Positions 1-8,383 of a stretch of DNA of 20,000 nt are shown piece by piece. Each line of letters starts with the position of its first letter. Position 1 is the first letter of the stretch. The notes beneath the pieces were generated by a model that ran no database searches, had not been told where the DNA came from, and saw only the letters and a program-made list of their open reading frames with translations. The position numbers and the translations under genes were made by a program. The stretch is taken from NCBI RefSeq assembly GCF_004353825.1, contig NZ_SMNA01000014.1:123519-143518 (forward strand), in the 5' to 3' direction. Origin of the DNA: Occultella glacieicola. GTDB lineage: Bacteria > Actinomycetota > Actinomycetes > Actinomycetales > Beutenbergiaceae.

Positions 1-2
1 TC

Positions 3-653
3 CCCGGCGTGCTGTTCACCGTCCTCGGTGCGTACCCGTTCATCCACAACTACGCCACGAAGGACACCGGCGAGCACCACGTGCTCGACCGGCCGCGCAA
101 CGCGCCGACCCGCACCGCCATCATCGTGGCCGTGCTGAGCGTGTTCTTCGTCCTCCTCGCGGCCGGCTCGAACGACCTCATCGCCACGCACTTCAGCCTG
201 TCCCTGAACGCGATCACCTGGGCGTTCCGGGTGCTGTTCTTCGTGCTCCCCGTGGTCGCGTTCATCGTGACCAAGCGGGTCTGCTACGGCCTGCAGCGCA
301 AGGACCGGGAATTGGTCCTGCACGGCCACGAGACGGGCCGTGTGGTCCGGTTCGCCTCCGGCGAGTACGCCGAGGTGCACAAGCCGCTGGACGATTTCGA
401 ACGGTGGGTGCTGGTCGGCCCGCAGCCGGAGCGTCCGCTCGAGATCGAGCCGGCCGAGGACTCCAACGGTGTTCGCCGCCCCGGTCACAAGAAGGAGCTG
501 CGCCGCCAGAAGTTCTCGCGCTTCTTCTACGAGGAGCGGGTCGAGCCGGTGACCCCGGCCGAGTTGGTCGCCGCGCACGCCACCGGCGCCCACGACGCCC
601 TGCCCGCGTCCGAGGAGCGGGATGCTCGCGAACTCGAGGCGCGAACCCACTGA
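3..653 (+). CDS. qcrB: Cytochrome bc1 (bcc) complex cytochrome b subunit, C-terminal part; 5' truncated by the window edge
   Basis: The frame is open from the window start. It carries actinobacterial QcrB C-terminal signatures (YPFI, HHVLDRPRNAPTRTA, NDLIA, GLQRKDRE.VLHGHETG, GEY.EVH.PL) and lies next to the cta genes. Confidence 0.95.
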   Translation, partial: PGVLFTVLGAYPFIHNYATKDTGEHHVLDRPRNAPTRTAIIVAVLSVFFVLLAAGSNDLIATHFSLSLNAITWAFRVLFFVLPVVAFIVTKRVCYGLQRKDRELVLHGHETGRVVRFASGEYAEVHKPLDDFERWVLVGPQPERPLEIEPAEDSNGVRRPGHKKELRRQKFSRFFYEERVEPVTPAELVAAHATGAHDALPASEERDARELEARTH

Positions 654-662
654 ACCCCGGGA

Positions 663-668
663 TACGGT
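663..668 (+). promoter_or_regulatory. Candidate -10 element (TACGGT) for sodA
   Basis: TANNNT hexamer just after the qcrB stop, about 120 nt upstream of the sodA ATG. A GGGAGG SD lies at 779-784. Confidence 0.35.
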
Positions 669-789
669 GGGGAAGACCCACCCGCTAGCCGGACGGGCCT
701 GATGCTGACAACGTCCCGCGGTCCCACACAGGGACCGCGGTGATTACCGCGGCACGGAGACACCGCGCCGCACCGACCGGGAGGACCAC

Positions 790-1413
790 ATGGCTCAGTA
801 CACGCTTCCAGACCTGCCGTACGACTACGCCGCACTCGAGCCCCACATCTCGGGCAAGATCATGCAGCTGCACCATGACAAGCACCACGCCGCCTACGTG
901 ACCGGCGCGAACACCGCGCTCGAGAAGCTCGCCGAGGCGCGCGAGAAGGACGACTTCGCCGCAGTGAACCTGCACGAGAAGAACCTCGCGTTCCACCTCG
1001 GTGGGCACATCAACCACACCGTGTTCTGGAACAACCTCTCCCCCGAGGGCGGCGGCCAGCCGGACGGCGAACTCGCGGCGGCCATCACCGACCAGTTCGG
1101 TACCTTCGAGGCGTTCCAGGCCCAGTTCGGCGCGAACGCCAACGCGATCCAGGGCTCCGGCTGGTCCGTGCTCGCGTGGGACAGCCTCGGTCAGCGGCTG
1201 GCCATCTTCCAGCTCTTCGACCAGCAGGGCAACATCCCGGTCGGGATCATCCCGCTGCTCATGCTGGACATGTGGGAGCACGCGTTCTACCTGGACTACC
1301 TGAACGTCAAGGCGGACTACGTCAAGGCGTTCTGGAACATCGCGAACTGGCAGGACGTCGCGGCCCGCTTCGAGCGCGCCCGCACCCAGACGGCAGGCCT
1401 GATCGTCCCCTGA
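790..1413 (+). CDS. sodA: Fe/Mn superoxide dismutase (probably Mn-preferring or cambialistic)
   Basis: [34 protein letters not shown] and [11 protein letters not shown] motifs, with an SD upstream. Confidence 0.98.
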   Translation: MAQYTLPDLPYDYAALEPHISGKIMQLHHDKHHAAYVTGANTALEKLAEAREKDDFAAVNLHEKNLAFHLGGHINHTVFWNNLSPEGGGQPDGELAAAITDQFGTFEAFQAQFGANANAIQGSGWSVLAWDSLGQRLAIFQLFDQQGNIPVGIIPLLMLDMWEHAFYLDYLNVKADYVKAFWNIANWQDVAARFERARTQTAGLIVP

Positions 1414-1427
1414 CGGTCATCTCCGGA

Positions 1428-1473
1428 ACAAACAGCGGGCCCGCACCTGTCAGGTGCGGGCCCGCTGTCTTGT
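1428..1473. terminator. Bidirectional intrinsic terminator between convergent sodA and ctaF
   Basis: Perfect 18-bp inverted repeat ACAGCGGGCCCGCACCTG (1432-1449) / CAGGTGCGGGCCCGCTGT (1451-1468), with short T-rich flanks on both strands. Confidence 0.85.
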
Positions 1474-1484
1474 CCCAGTCGGAC

Positions 1485-1928
1485 TCAGTGGGCGTGCTGG
1501 CCCCGGTTGAACTCGAGGACCTGGCCGACCAGACCGATCACGCCGAGCACTGCGCCGATGCCCGCGAGCCACCAGCCGGCGGCCGCACCGAGGAACACCA
1601 GGGCGGCGGCGATGCCGAGCACCAGGGGCCACCAGCTCCATGGGGAGAACACGCCGTAGTCGGAGTCGGCCGTGATCTCCGCGCGCGGGTCGTCCTCGGG
1701 GCGTTCGTCGATCCGGGAACCCACCCGCCAGAGGTAGACGCCGACCATGCCCCACATCGCGCAGATCAAGCCGAGGGCCGTGGTGCCGATCGGCTCCCAC
1801 GACGACCAGAACCCGTACAGCAGGACCACCGGCACGAAGAACAGCAGGCCGAGGAGGAAGAACCACTTCTCCACCCCGAGCGGCGACCCCTTCTTGGGGC
1901 CCGAGTGCGTCCTGACCTTCGCGCTCAT
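1485..1928 (-). CDS. ctaF: Cytochrome c oxidase subunit 4 (actinobacterial CtaF)
   Basis: [25 protein letters not shown] and C-terminal EF.RGQHAH motifs. The start overlaps the ctaD stop (ATGA). Confidence 0.95.
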   Translation of the reverse strand: MSAKVRTHSGPKKGSPLGVEKWFFLLGLLFFVPVVLLYGFWSSWEPIGTTALGLICAMWGMVGVYLWRVGSRIDERPEDDPRAEITADSDYGVFSPWSWWPLVLGIAAALVFLGAAAGWWLAGIGAVLGVIGLVGQVLEFNRGQHAH

Positions 1929-3706
1929 CGATCGTCACCTTCCTGCCGTGCGGCCCGCTGCTGCGTCTCGGCCTGGTGGCCGGCCATGTCGGGCTCACCG
2001 TAGATCTGGTCGAGGATGTCCTTGTCCGGCTCGGCGTGGTCGAGCGCGGCCACCTCCGGGTGGTGCAGGTCGAACGCGGGGCGCTCGGACCGGATCCGGG
2101 GCAGGGCGGTGAAGTTGTGCCGCGGCGGCGGGGACGAGGTGGCCCACTCGAGCGAGGCACCGTAGCCCCACGGGTCGTCCACGGTGACCTTCGGCGCGCT
2201 CCGCCAGGTCTTGTAGACGTTCCACAGGAACGGGAGCGTGGACAGCGCGAGCAGCACCGCGGAGACCGTCGAGATCTGGTTGAAGATCACGAAGTCCGGC
2301 TCCGGGAGGTAGTCCGGGACCCGTCGCTGCATGCCGAGCACGCCCAGCCAGTGCTGGATCAGGAACGTGCCGTGGAAGCCGAAGAACAGCAGCCAGAAAT
2401 GCAGCTTGCCGAGCCTGTCGTCGAGCATCCGGCCCGTGAACTTGGGCCACCAGAAGTAGAACCCGGCGAACATCGCGAACACCACGGTGCCGAACACCAC
2501 GTAGTGGAAGTGGGCCACCACGAAGTAGGTGTCGGTCACGTGGAAGTCCAGCGGCGGGCTGGCCAGGATGACCCCGGTGAGACCACCGAAGACGAACGTC
2601 ACGAGGAACCCGATCGACCACAGCATCGGCGACTGGAAGGTGAGTTTGCCGCGCCACATGGTGCCCACCCAGTTGAAGAACTTCACACCGGTGGGTACCG
2701 CGATCGCCATGGTCATCACGGAGAAGAACGGCAGCAGCACCTGTCCGGTGGAGAACATGTGGTGTGCCCACACGGTGACCGAGAGACCGGCGATCGAGAT
2801 CGTGGCGAAGATCAGGCCCTTGTAGCCGAAGATCGGCTTGCGCGAGAACACCGGCAGGATCTCCGAGACGATCCCGAAGAACGGCAACGCGATGATGTAC
2901 ACCTCGGGGTGTCCGAAGAACCAGAACAGGTGTTGCCAGAGCATCGCGCCGCCGTTCTCGGCGGCGAAGATCTGGGACCCGAGGATCCGGTCGGCACCGA
3001 GGCCGAACAGGGCCGAGGCGAGGATCGGGAAGGCCATCAGCGCGAGCACCGAGGTCAGCAGGATGTTCCAGGTGAAGATCGGCATCCGGAACATCGTCAT
3101 CCCGGGGGCGCGCATGCACAGGATCGTGGTGATGAAGTTGACCGACCCGAAGATGGTGCCGAAGCCGGTCATCGCCAGGCCCATCACCCACAGGTCACCT
3201 CCCAGGCCCTCGGAGTAGGTCGCGTTCGACAGCGGCGCGTAGGCGAACCAACCGAAGCTCGCGGCCCCCTTCGGGGTGAGGAACCCGGCGCACGCGATGA
3301 TCCCGCCGAACAGGAACAGCCAGTACGCGAACATGTTCAACCGCGGGAACGCCACGTCGGGCGCGCCGATCTGCAGCGGCACCAGGACGTTGCCGAAGCC
3401 GACGAACAACGGCGTCGCGAACAGCAGCAGCATGATCGTGCCGTGCATCGTGAACAGCTGGTTGTACTGCTCGGCGCTGCTGACGATCTGCACGCCCGGC
3501 TCGAACAGCTCGGCCCGGATCAGCAGCGCGAGCACGCCGCCGATGCAGAAGAACACGAACGACGTGATCAGGTACAGGTAGCCGATCGTCTTGTGGTCGG
3601 TGGACGTGACCCACTTGATGACGGTCCGACCCAGGGTCTGGCGCTCCGGGGGCAGCCCCGGCACCGTCTCGACGTCCGTGGACGGCGTCTCCTCGATGGT
3701 GGCCAT
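1925..3706 (-). CDS. ctaD: Cytochrome c oxidase subunit I (aa3, A1-type)
   Basis: [30 protein letters not shown] and VAHFHYV heme/CuB and proton-channel motifs. Confidence 0.99.
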   Translation of the reverse strand: MATIEETPSTDVETVPGLPPERQTLGRTVIKWVTSTDHKTIGYLYLITSFVFFCIGGVLALLIRAELFEPGVQIVSSAEQYNQLFTMHGTIMLLLFATPLFVGFGNVLVPLQIGAPDVAFPRLNMFAYWLFLFGGIIACAGFLTPKGAASFGWFAYAPLSNATYSEGLGGDLWVMGLAMTGFGTIFGSVNFITTILCMRAPGMTMFRMPIFTWNILLTSVLALMAFPILASALFGLGADRILGSQIFAAENGGAMLWQHLFWFFGHPEVYIIALPFFGIVSEILPVFSRKPIFGYKGLIFATISIAGLSVTVWAHHMFSTGQVLLPFFSVMTMAIAVPTGVKFFNWVGTMWRGKLTFQSPMLWSIGFLVTFVFGGLTGVILASPPLDFHVTDTYFVVAHFHYVVFGTVVFAMFAGFYFWWPKFTGRMLDDRLGKLHFWLLFFGFHGTFLIQHWLGVLGMQRRVPDYLPEPDFVIFNQISTVSAVLLALSTLPFLWNVYKTWRSAPKVTVDDPWGYGASLEWATSSPPPRHNFTALPRIRSERPAFDLHHPEVAALDHAEPDKDILDQIYGEPDMAGHQAETQQRAARQEGDDR

Positions 3707-4587
3707 CAGTCGTCAGCTCCTTCGCCGGTGCCCGACTGGGTCACCGCGTTCTGCCGGTCGTACTCCGGCCCCAACTGGCCCGTCTGGCCGGCCTCCTCCA
3801 GGTCCGCCATGTGCGCATCGAACTCCTCCTGGGAGACCACGGAGACGTTGAACAGCATGTACCCGTGGTACTGGCCGCACAGCTCGGCGCACTTGCCGAG
3901 CCAGTCGCCCTCCACGCCCGGGGTCACCTGGAAGGTGTTCACCTCGCCGGGCAGCATGTCGATCTTGTACAGGAACGCCGGCACCCAGAACGAGTGCGCC
4001 ACGTCGCGGCTGCGGATCGTGAACTCGACCGTCTGGTCCACGGGCAGGTACAGGGTCGGCAGGTCCTCGGTCACGGCCATGTCGCTGAGGTCCTGCGCGG
4101 CGGGCTCCCCGGAGTCCCAGACGTCCGCGTCCTGGTAGTTGAAGTCCCAGGACCACTGCCGCCCGTACACCTCGATGTGCACGTCCGCCTCGGTGGAGGT
4201 GTCGGTGATCTCCTCCTGCAGCGTGGCCGTGTAGTAGAACAGCACGCCGACCATGACGATCGGCACGAACGTGTAGAGCAGCTCCAGCGGCAGGTGGTAC
4301 CGCAGCTGCACGGGCAGCTTGTTGTCGTCCTTGCGCTTGCGGTAGACGATCACGCACCAGATGATCAGCGCCCACACGAGCACCCCGACCGCCAGCGCGG
4401 CGATCCAGGACCCGGTCCAGAGGGCGACGATGTCATCGGTGTGCTCCGTCATGCCAGGCACGGTCGGCATCCAGCCCCGACCCACCTGCTCGGCGGAACA
4501 ACCGGCCAGGACCGTGGCGGTAACGAGCCCGACCGCACCGAGTGCCGCAGCGCGGCGCCTCGGGTGTCGAGGAGAGGGCGATGACAC
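3706..4587 (-). CDS. ctaC: Cytochrome c oxidase subunit II (lipoprotein)
   Basis: CuA motifs DVAHSFW and [12 protein letters not shown], plus QWSW and a LAGC lipobox. I placed the start at GTG 4587 (GGAAGG SD at 4603-4598) rather than 4698. The stop overlaps the ctaD ATG (TGATG). Confidence 0.96.
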   Translation of the reverse strand: MSSPSPRHPRRRAAALGAVGLVTATVLAGCSAEQVGRGWMPTVPGMTEHTDDIVALWTGSWIAALAVGVLVWALIIWCVIVYRKRKDDNKLPVQLRYHLPLELLYTFVPIVMVGVLFYYTATLQEEITDTSTEADVHIEVYGRQWSWDFNYQDADVWDSGEPAAQDLSDMAVTEDLPTLYLPVDQTVEFTIRSRDVAHSFWVPAFLYKIDMLPGEVNTFQVTPGVEGDWLGKCAELCGQYHGYMLFNVSVVSQEEFDAHMADLEEAGQTGQLGPEYDRQNAVTQSGTGEGADD

Positions 4588-4696
4588 GATCTTCAAGCCT
4601 TCCGACGTCACAACGATCTGCAAGTTCGGCCGCGTGATCACTCGGTTTTTCGACACCTTCAGGGTGTCCGTCACGAAGTTCTCACCAGCCTCGCCC

Positions 4697-4702
4697 ACCC
4701 TA
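4697..4702 (-). promoter_or_regulatory. Candidate -10 element (TAGGGT) for the ctaCDF operon
   Basis: TANNNT hexamer about 110 nt upstream of the ctaC start and downstream of the FKBP 3' hairpin. Confidence 0.5.
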
Positions 4703-4739
4703 TCCCCAACGGCCCCATGCGTGCTGCAGGACCCGCTCG

Positions 4740-4776
4740 GATGGGCGCCCCCGCGTCGGAATCAGGGGCGCCCGTC
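4740..4776 (-). terminator. Hairpin downstream of the FKBP gene (possible terminator)
   Basis: GATGGGCGCCCC / GGGGCGCCCGTC, a 12-bp stem with one non-Watson-Crick position, about 11 nt after the stop. No U-tract. Confidence 0.5.
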
Positions 4777-4787
4777 GAGGGGCGGCG

Positions 4788-5762
4788 TCAGGCCGTGCCG
4801 AGCACGTCGATGATCGCGGCGCTCGCGGGCGCCTGGTCGGTCGCCGGCGCGAGCACCAGCACCCGGGAGCCGACCGGCACGTCGATGGTCGCGTCCACGA
4901 TGCTCCCCTGGCCGGCGAACGAGGTGAACGGCCCCTCCGGGTCGGCGCCGTCCCAACCCCAGCTGGAGCCCGCACCGCTGCCGTCCCAGTAGGAGAACGC
5001 GTAGGCGACTGCCACGCTCTGCTGGTTCGCCACCGGCTCCCCGGTTCCGGTCGCCAGCACGGTCACCTGGAGCTCGGTCGGCTCGGTGGCGCCCTCGGCG
5101 ATGGTGAACGTCACCGGCTCCCCGAGGTTGCCGTCGATGGTCACCGGGGCATCGGCCGCCTCCGGGGTCGGCGTCGCGTCGGCCTGGCCGGCGTCGCCGG
5201 GGTTGAACGCCTCGACGACGTCGACGACGAACACGATCGTGTCCTCGGCGCCGATGCCGGCGTCCGGGTTCCCACCCTGCGGCCCGTAGCCCAGGTCCGG
5301 CGGGACGCTGATCAGCAGCCGCGAGCCCACGGTGTGGCCGGGGATCCCGTCGGTCCAGCCCTGGATCACCTGGTTGAGGCCGAACATGCTCGGGGCGCCG
5401 CGGCTGTAGGAATCGTCGAACTGGGCGTCCGCGCCCCAGACGATGCCGTAGTAGTTCGCGGTCACGGCGGAACTCGGCTCGACCTCGGGACCGTCGCCCT
5501 CTGAGAGCACCTCGACCTGCAGCCCCTCCGGCGGGGTGTCGCCGGGGAACGTGATGTTCGGGGACTCGCCGAACTCGCCGGAGGCCTGCGGCATGCCCTC
5601 GCTGCCCTCGGTCACCTCGGCGCCCGTGGTCTCGGAGGCGTCCGTCGACGGTGTGGTGGGGTCGTCCCCGCTGCCACCGCCGGAACAACCGGCGAGCAGC
5701 AGTGCGGCGGCGGTGGCACCGGCGATCAGGAGCGGAAGGGGACGACGGCGGGACGGACTCAC
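4788..5762 (-). CDS. FKBP-type peptidyl-prolyl cis-trans isomerase lipoprotein (one intact and one degenerate FKBP domain)
   Basis: Signal peptide with LAGC lipobox. FDDSYSRG, QVIQGW, VPPDLGYG and IVFVVDV motifs, followed by a second FKBP-like repeat (VPVGSRVLV). Confidence 0.93.
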   Translation of the reverse strand: MSPSRRRPLPLLIAGATAAALLLAGCSGGGSGDDPTTPSTDASETTGAEVTEGSEGMPQASGEFGESPNITFPGDTPPEGLQVEVLSEGDGPEVEPSSAVTANYYGIVWGADAQFDDSYSRGAPSMFGLNQVIQGWTDGIPGHTVGSRLLISVPPDLGYGPQGGNPDAGIGAEDTIVFVVDVVEAFNPGDAGQADATPTPEAADAPVTIDGNLGEPVTFTIAEGATEPTELQVTVLATGTGEPVANQQSVAVAYAFSYWDGSGAGSSWGWDGADPEGPFTSFAGQGSIVDATIDVPVGSRVLVLAPATDQAPASAAIIDVLGTA

Positions 5763-5810
5763 GTGGCAGAACTCGATTCGTAGATGGTCGGGTCGGGTGT
5801 CAGGACACGA

Positions 5811-5845
5811 CTGCGCCCCTCGTCCGCTGCGGACGAGGGGCGCAG
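5811..5845 (-). terminator. Intrinsic terminator-like perfect palindrome after erpA
   Basis: CTGCGCCCCTCGTCCGC-T-GCGGACGAGGGGCGCAG, with 17-bp perfect arms, 19 nt after the erpA stop. Confidence 0.75.
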
Positions 5846-5864
5846 CGCTAGGCTCGGGTGCGGC

Positions 5865-6218
5865 TCAGTGGAACGAGTCTCCGCAGGCGCAGGAGCCGCC
5901 GGCGTTCGGGTTGTCGATCGTGAAGCCCTGCTTCTCGATCGTGTCCGCGAAGTCGATGGTGGCGCCCGCGAGATACGGCACGCTCATCTTGTCGACGATG
6001 ACCTCGACGCCCTCGAAGTCCCGGACGGCGTCGCCGTCGAGGTAGCGGTCGTCGAAGTAGAGCTGGTAGATCAGGCCCGAACAGCCGCCCGGCTGCACGG
6101 CCACCCGCAGGCGCAGGTCGTCACGGTCCTCCTGGGACAGCAGCGCCTTCACCTTGGACGCCGCGACGTCGGTCAGGGCGACCTCGTGCTCGAGGGTCTC
6201 GGTGGTGGTGTCGGTCAT
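5865..6218 (-). CDS. erpA: A-type iron-sulfur cluster carrier (HesB/IscA/ErpA family)
   Basis: LRVAVQPGGCSG and C-terminal NPNA.GSCACGDSFH. Start placed at ATG 6218, with GGAG 6 nt upstream. Confidence 0.96.
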   Translation of the reverse strand: MTDTTTETLEHEVALTDVAASKVKALLSQEDRDDLRLRVAVQPGGCSGLIYQLYFDDRYLDGDAVRDFEGVEVIVDKMSVPYLAGATIDFADTIEKQGFTIDNPNAGGSCACGDSFH

Positions 6219-6278
6219 CGTCATCTCCGATGTGGGGTGCCCGCCGGTCGCGCCGGCTCTCTTGTTCCAATGAGTTCT

Positions 6279-6305
6279 AACGCGCCGGCTGGACGAACTT
6301 GTTCC
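6279..6305 (-). promoter_or_regulatory. SigH/SigR-type (thiol-oxidative stress ECF) promoter upstream of erpA
   Basis: GGAAC-N19-GTT on the minus strand (GGGAAC...CGTTA), matching the actinobacterial GGAAY-N18/19-GTT consensus. Confidence 0.7.
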
Positions 6306-6338
6306 CGGATCCGCCCACGGCGTCATCACCAGAGTACG

Positions 6339-7667
6339 TCACCGGCCCCAGGTCCGGGCGACCCGGTCCCCGCGCGCCTGCAGCGCGGACGACGCATCGC
6401 CCGCCGGCGCCGGCTCCGCACCGGACGACGGCGAGAGCGGCGTGTCCAGGACGGGGTACGCGGCGCTGATCCCGACCCGGGCCAGCTCGCGCCGGTTCAC
6501 GTGCACCTCGTGTGCGATCGTCACCACGGGCAGTCCGTGGGTCATCGCACGGCTACCGACGGCGGCCGGTACCCCTTCGTGGAGCGCGTCGCCGTCGAGG
6601 ACGGCGCTGCCGGTGACGACGAGATCGGCGTCGGCGATCGTCGCGTCCAGCCCGACCTCGGTCGCGACCACGTCCGCGCCGGCGAGGACCCGCGCGCCGA
6701 GCAGGGCCAGCGCGAACCCGAGGCCACCGCCGGCGCCGGAGTAGGCCGCCCGGCGGGTCGGGGTGGGCCGCTCGGCATGCCGGTGACTGTTCCGAGCGCT
6801 TCCGCCGGCGAGCAGGTCGCCGCCACCGGACGGACCGGACGACGCTGCGCCGTCGTGCTCGCCGGCGCTCGCACGGGCCGCGGCATCCTCGAGGTCGGCC
6901 GCGAACACGGCCACATCGCGTTCGATCTCCTGGGCGTCCGCGGCGCTGATGCCGGGGCGCTCACTCAGCGCGGCACCGGCGCCGTGCAGACCGAGCAGCG
7001 GGATGTCGGTGGCGGCGGCGACGATGATCTCGGTGCCCGCCAACGCCCGGCGCAGTTCGGCGATCCGCCCGCCGAGCGCGGTGCCCGACGTCGGTGCACC
7101 TGCCGGCCCGGCGCCCGGCGGCCCGGCGCCCGGCGCGACGGCCTCGCCCGGCTGCGTGCCACCTCCTCGCGCACCGGCCGGGCCGGCGCCCTCGGCGAGG
7201 AGCACCTCGGTGAGCCGACTCAGGAAGCCTGCCCCGCCGTCGTGCACCGCGACGGCCCCCACGCCCAGGACCACCCGCCGCGCCCCCGTGCCCAACGCAC
7301 CCACGAGCAGGTCCGCGGCAGCGGCGCTCGAGCCGGCGCGCGCGAGGGTGAGCGGGTCCGCGGCGGTGCCGACGCCGTCGAGCACCACGGACGCCTCGGC
7401 GTAGGCGGTGCCGCCGGCGCGCCCGGGTACGTGCAGGACCGTGGCGGGCCGGTCGGCGCCGGCTTCCTCGCCCGTGGTCGGCGTGAGCGCCACGAGCGTC
7501 CCGCCCCGGGCCGCGTGCACCGCCTCCACGAGCCCGGTTCCGCCGTCGCTCATCGGGACGGTCAGCACCTCGTGTCCGCGTTCGGTCCAGCCGTGGGCGA
7601 GAGCGGCCGCGGCCACCGGGGAACTCAACGGGCCACCGAAATGGTCGGGGGCGATCACGACGCGCAC
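6339..7667 (-). CDS. Glycerate kinase family (GlxK/GarK-like) protein, divergent, with low-complexity insertions
   Basis: MRVVIAPD.F, PMSDGG.G, DGGAG, PLLGLHGA, GAGGGLGFAL and ADLVVTG motifs. It occupies the usual position between erpA and DUF3043. Confidence 0.88.
   Translation of the reverse strand: MRVVIAPDHFGGPLSSPVAAAALAHGWTERGHEVLTVPMSDGGTGLVEAVHAARGGTLVALTPTTGEEAGADRPATVLHVPGRAGGTAYAEASVVLDGVGTAADPLTLARAGSSAAAADLLVGALGTGARRVVLGVGAVAVHDGGAGFLSRLTEVLLAEGAGPAGARGGGTQPGEAVAPGAGPPGAGPAGAPTSGTALGGRIAELRRALAGTEIIVAAATDIPLLGLHGAGAALSERPGISAADAQEIERDVAVFAADLEDAAARASAGEHDGAASSGPSGGGDLLAGGSARNSHRHAERPTPTRRAAYSGAGGGLGFALALLGARVLAGADVVATEVGLDATIADADLVVTGSAVLDGDALHEGVPAAVGSRAMTHGLPVVTIAHEVHVNRRELARVGISAAYPVLDTPLSPSSGAEPAPAGDASSALQARGDRVARTWGR
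7104..7135. repeat. 15-bp in-frame tandem duplication within the glycerate kinase insertion
   Basis: CGGCCCGGCGCCCGG x2 (7104-7133) plus CG, encoding part of the PGAGP-PGAGP linker. Confidence 0.8.
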
Positions 7668-7744
7668 CCCGCCATCCTCCCAGGTACCGCGCCCGCCCCG
7701 GTCCCCACTGGGAACCCGGCCCCGATGGTGGGATCATCCTCATT

Positions 7745-8338
7745 GTGACGACGGCCTCACCGATCCGGGTGGGCATCCTGGTCTTCGACGGCGTGGACGA
7801 GCTGGACGTGGTCGGCCCGCACCGGGTGCTCAGCACGTGGGCGGCGCGCAGCGCGCTCCGCCCGGACGTCGTCCTGTTCTCCCGGGACGGGCTGCCGGTG
7901 CGGTCCGCGACCGGGTTGGACCTGGTTCCGTCCCTGGACTCCAATGGCACCGGCACCATGCATGTGCTGATCCACCCCGGCGGGCCGGGCGCGCGACGCC
8001 TGAGCCGCGACCGAGACCACCTCGCCTGGTTGCGCCGGACCCGGCGCGGCACGGCTCTGCTCGCCGGGCTCGGCACCGGGAGCCTGGCCCTGGCGGCGGC
8101 CGGCCTGCTCGCCGGGCGGGCCACCGCGGTGCACCCGGACGCCCGGGCCGCGCTCCTCGGGCTGGAGCCGAGCGCCCTGCTGGACGTCGATTCGGCCACC
8201 CTGGACGACGGTGACCTGCTCACCTGCGCGGGCGGCGTGCACGGGATCGACCTGGCCCTCGCCGTCGTGGAGCGGTACGAAGGGGCGCCGATGGCGGCGA
8301 CGGTGCGCGGGACGCTCACCTACGACCCCGGCCCGTGA
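7745..8338 (+). CDS. DJ-1/PfpI family protein (InhA-like) lacking the canonical catalytic Cys
   Basis: VGILVFDGVDELDVVGP, LIHPGGPG, TGSLALAAAGLL.GR and GIDLAL motifs. Confidence 0.9.
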   Translation: MTTASPIRVGILVFDGVDELDVVGPHRVLSTWAARSALRPDVVLFSRDGLPVRSATGLDLVPSLDSNGTGTMHVLIHPGGPGARRLSRDRDHLAWLRRTRRGTALLAGLGTGSLALAAAGLLAGRATAVHPDARAALLGLEPSALLDVDSATLDDGDLLTCAGGVHGIDLALAVVERYEGAPMAATVRGTLTYDPGP

Positions 8339-8370
8339 CGGCCACGGCCGGGGCACCCGCACCACTCGAC

Positions 8371-8376
8371 TAGGCT
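8371..8376 (+). promoter_or_regulatory. -10 element (TAGGCT) of a probable leaderless transcript
   Basis: 7 nt upstream of GTG 8384, with no SD. Confidence 0.7.
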
Positions 8377-8383
8377 TGCACCC

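Noticed and set aside
654..789. Known riboswitch (yybP-ykoY Mn2+ or fluoride) or Fur/DtxR box upstream of sodA
   Set aside because: I could not match the conserved cores by eye, and there is no AT-rich 19-bp palindrome. It is kept only as an unassigned structured leader.
1976..4138. 720-aa plus-strand ORF, and similar long ORFs at 5784-7748, 13485-15377, 15281-16849 and 17569-19833
   Set aside because: These are antisense or off-frame shadows of well-supported genes. They are expected from high-GC codon bias and show no recognisable motifs.
4588..4698. N-terminal extension of CtaC in the ORF track (likewise erpA to 6329, lpdA from 17650, and the membrane genes to 15805 and 16116)
   Set aside because: Downstream starts have better SD or -10 support and give family-typical N-termini.
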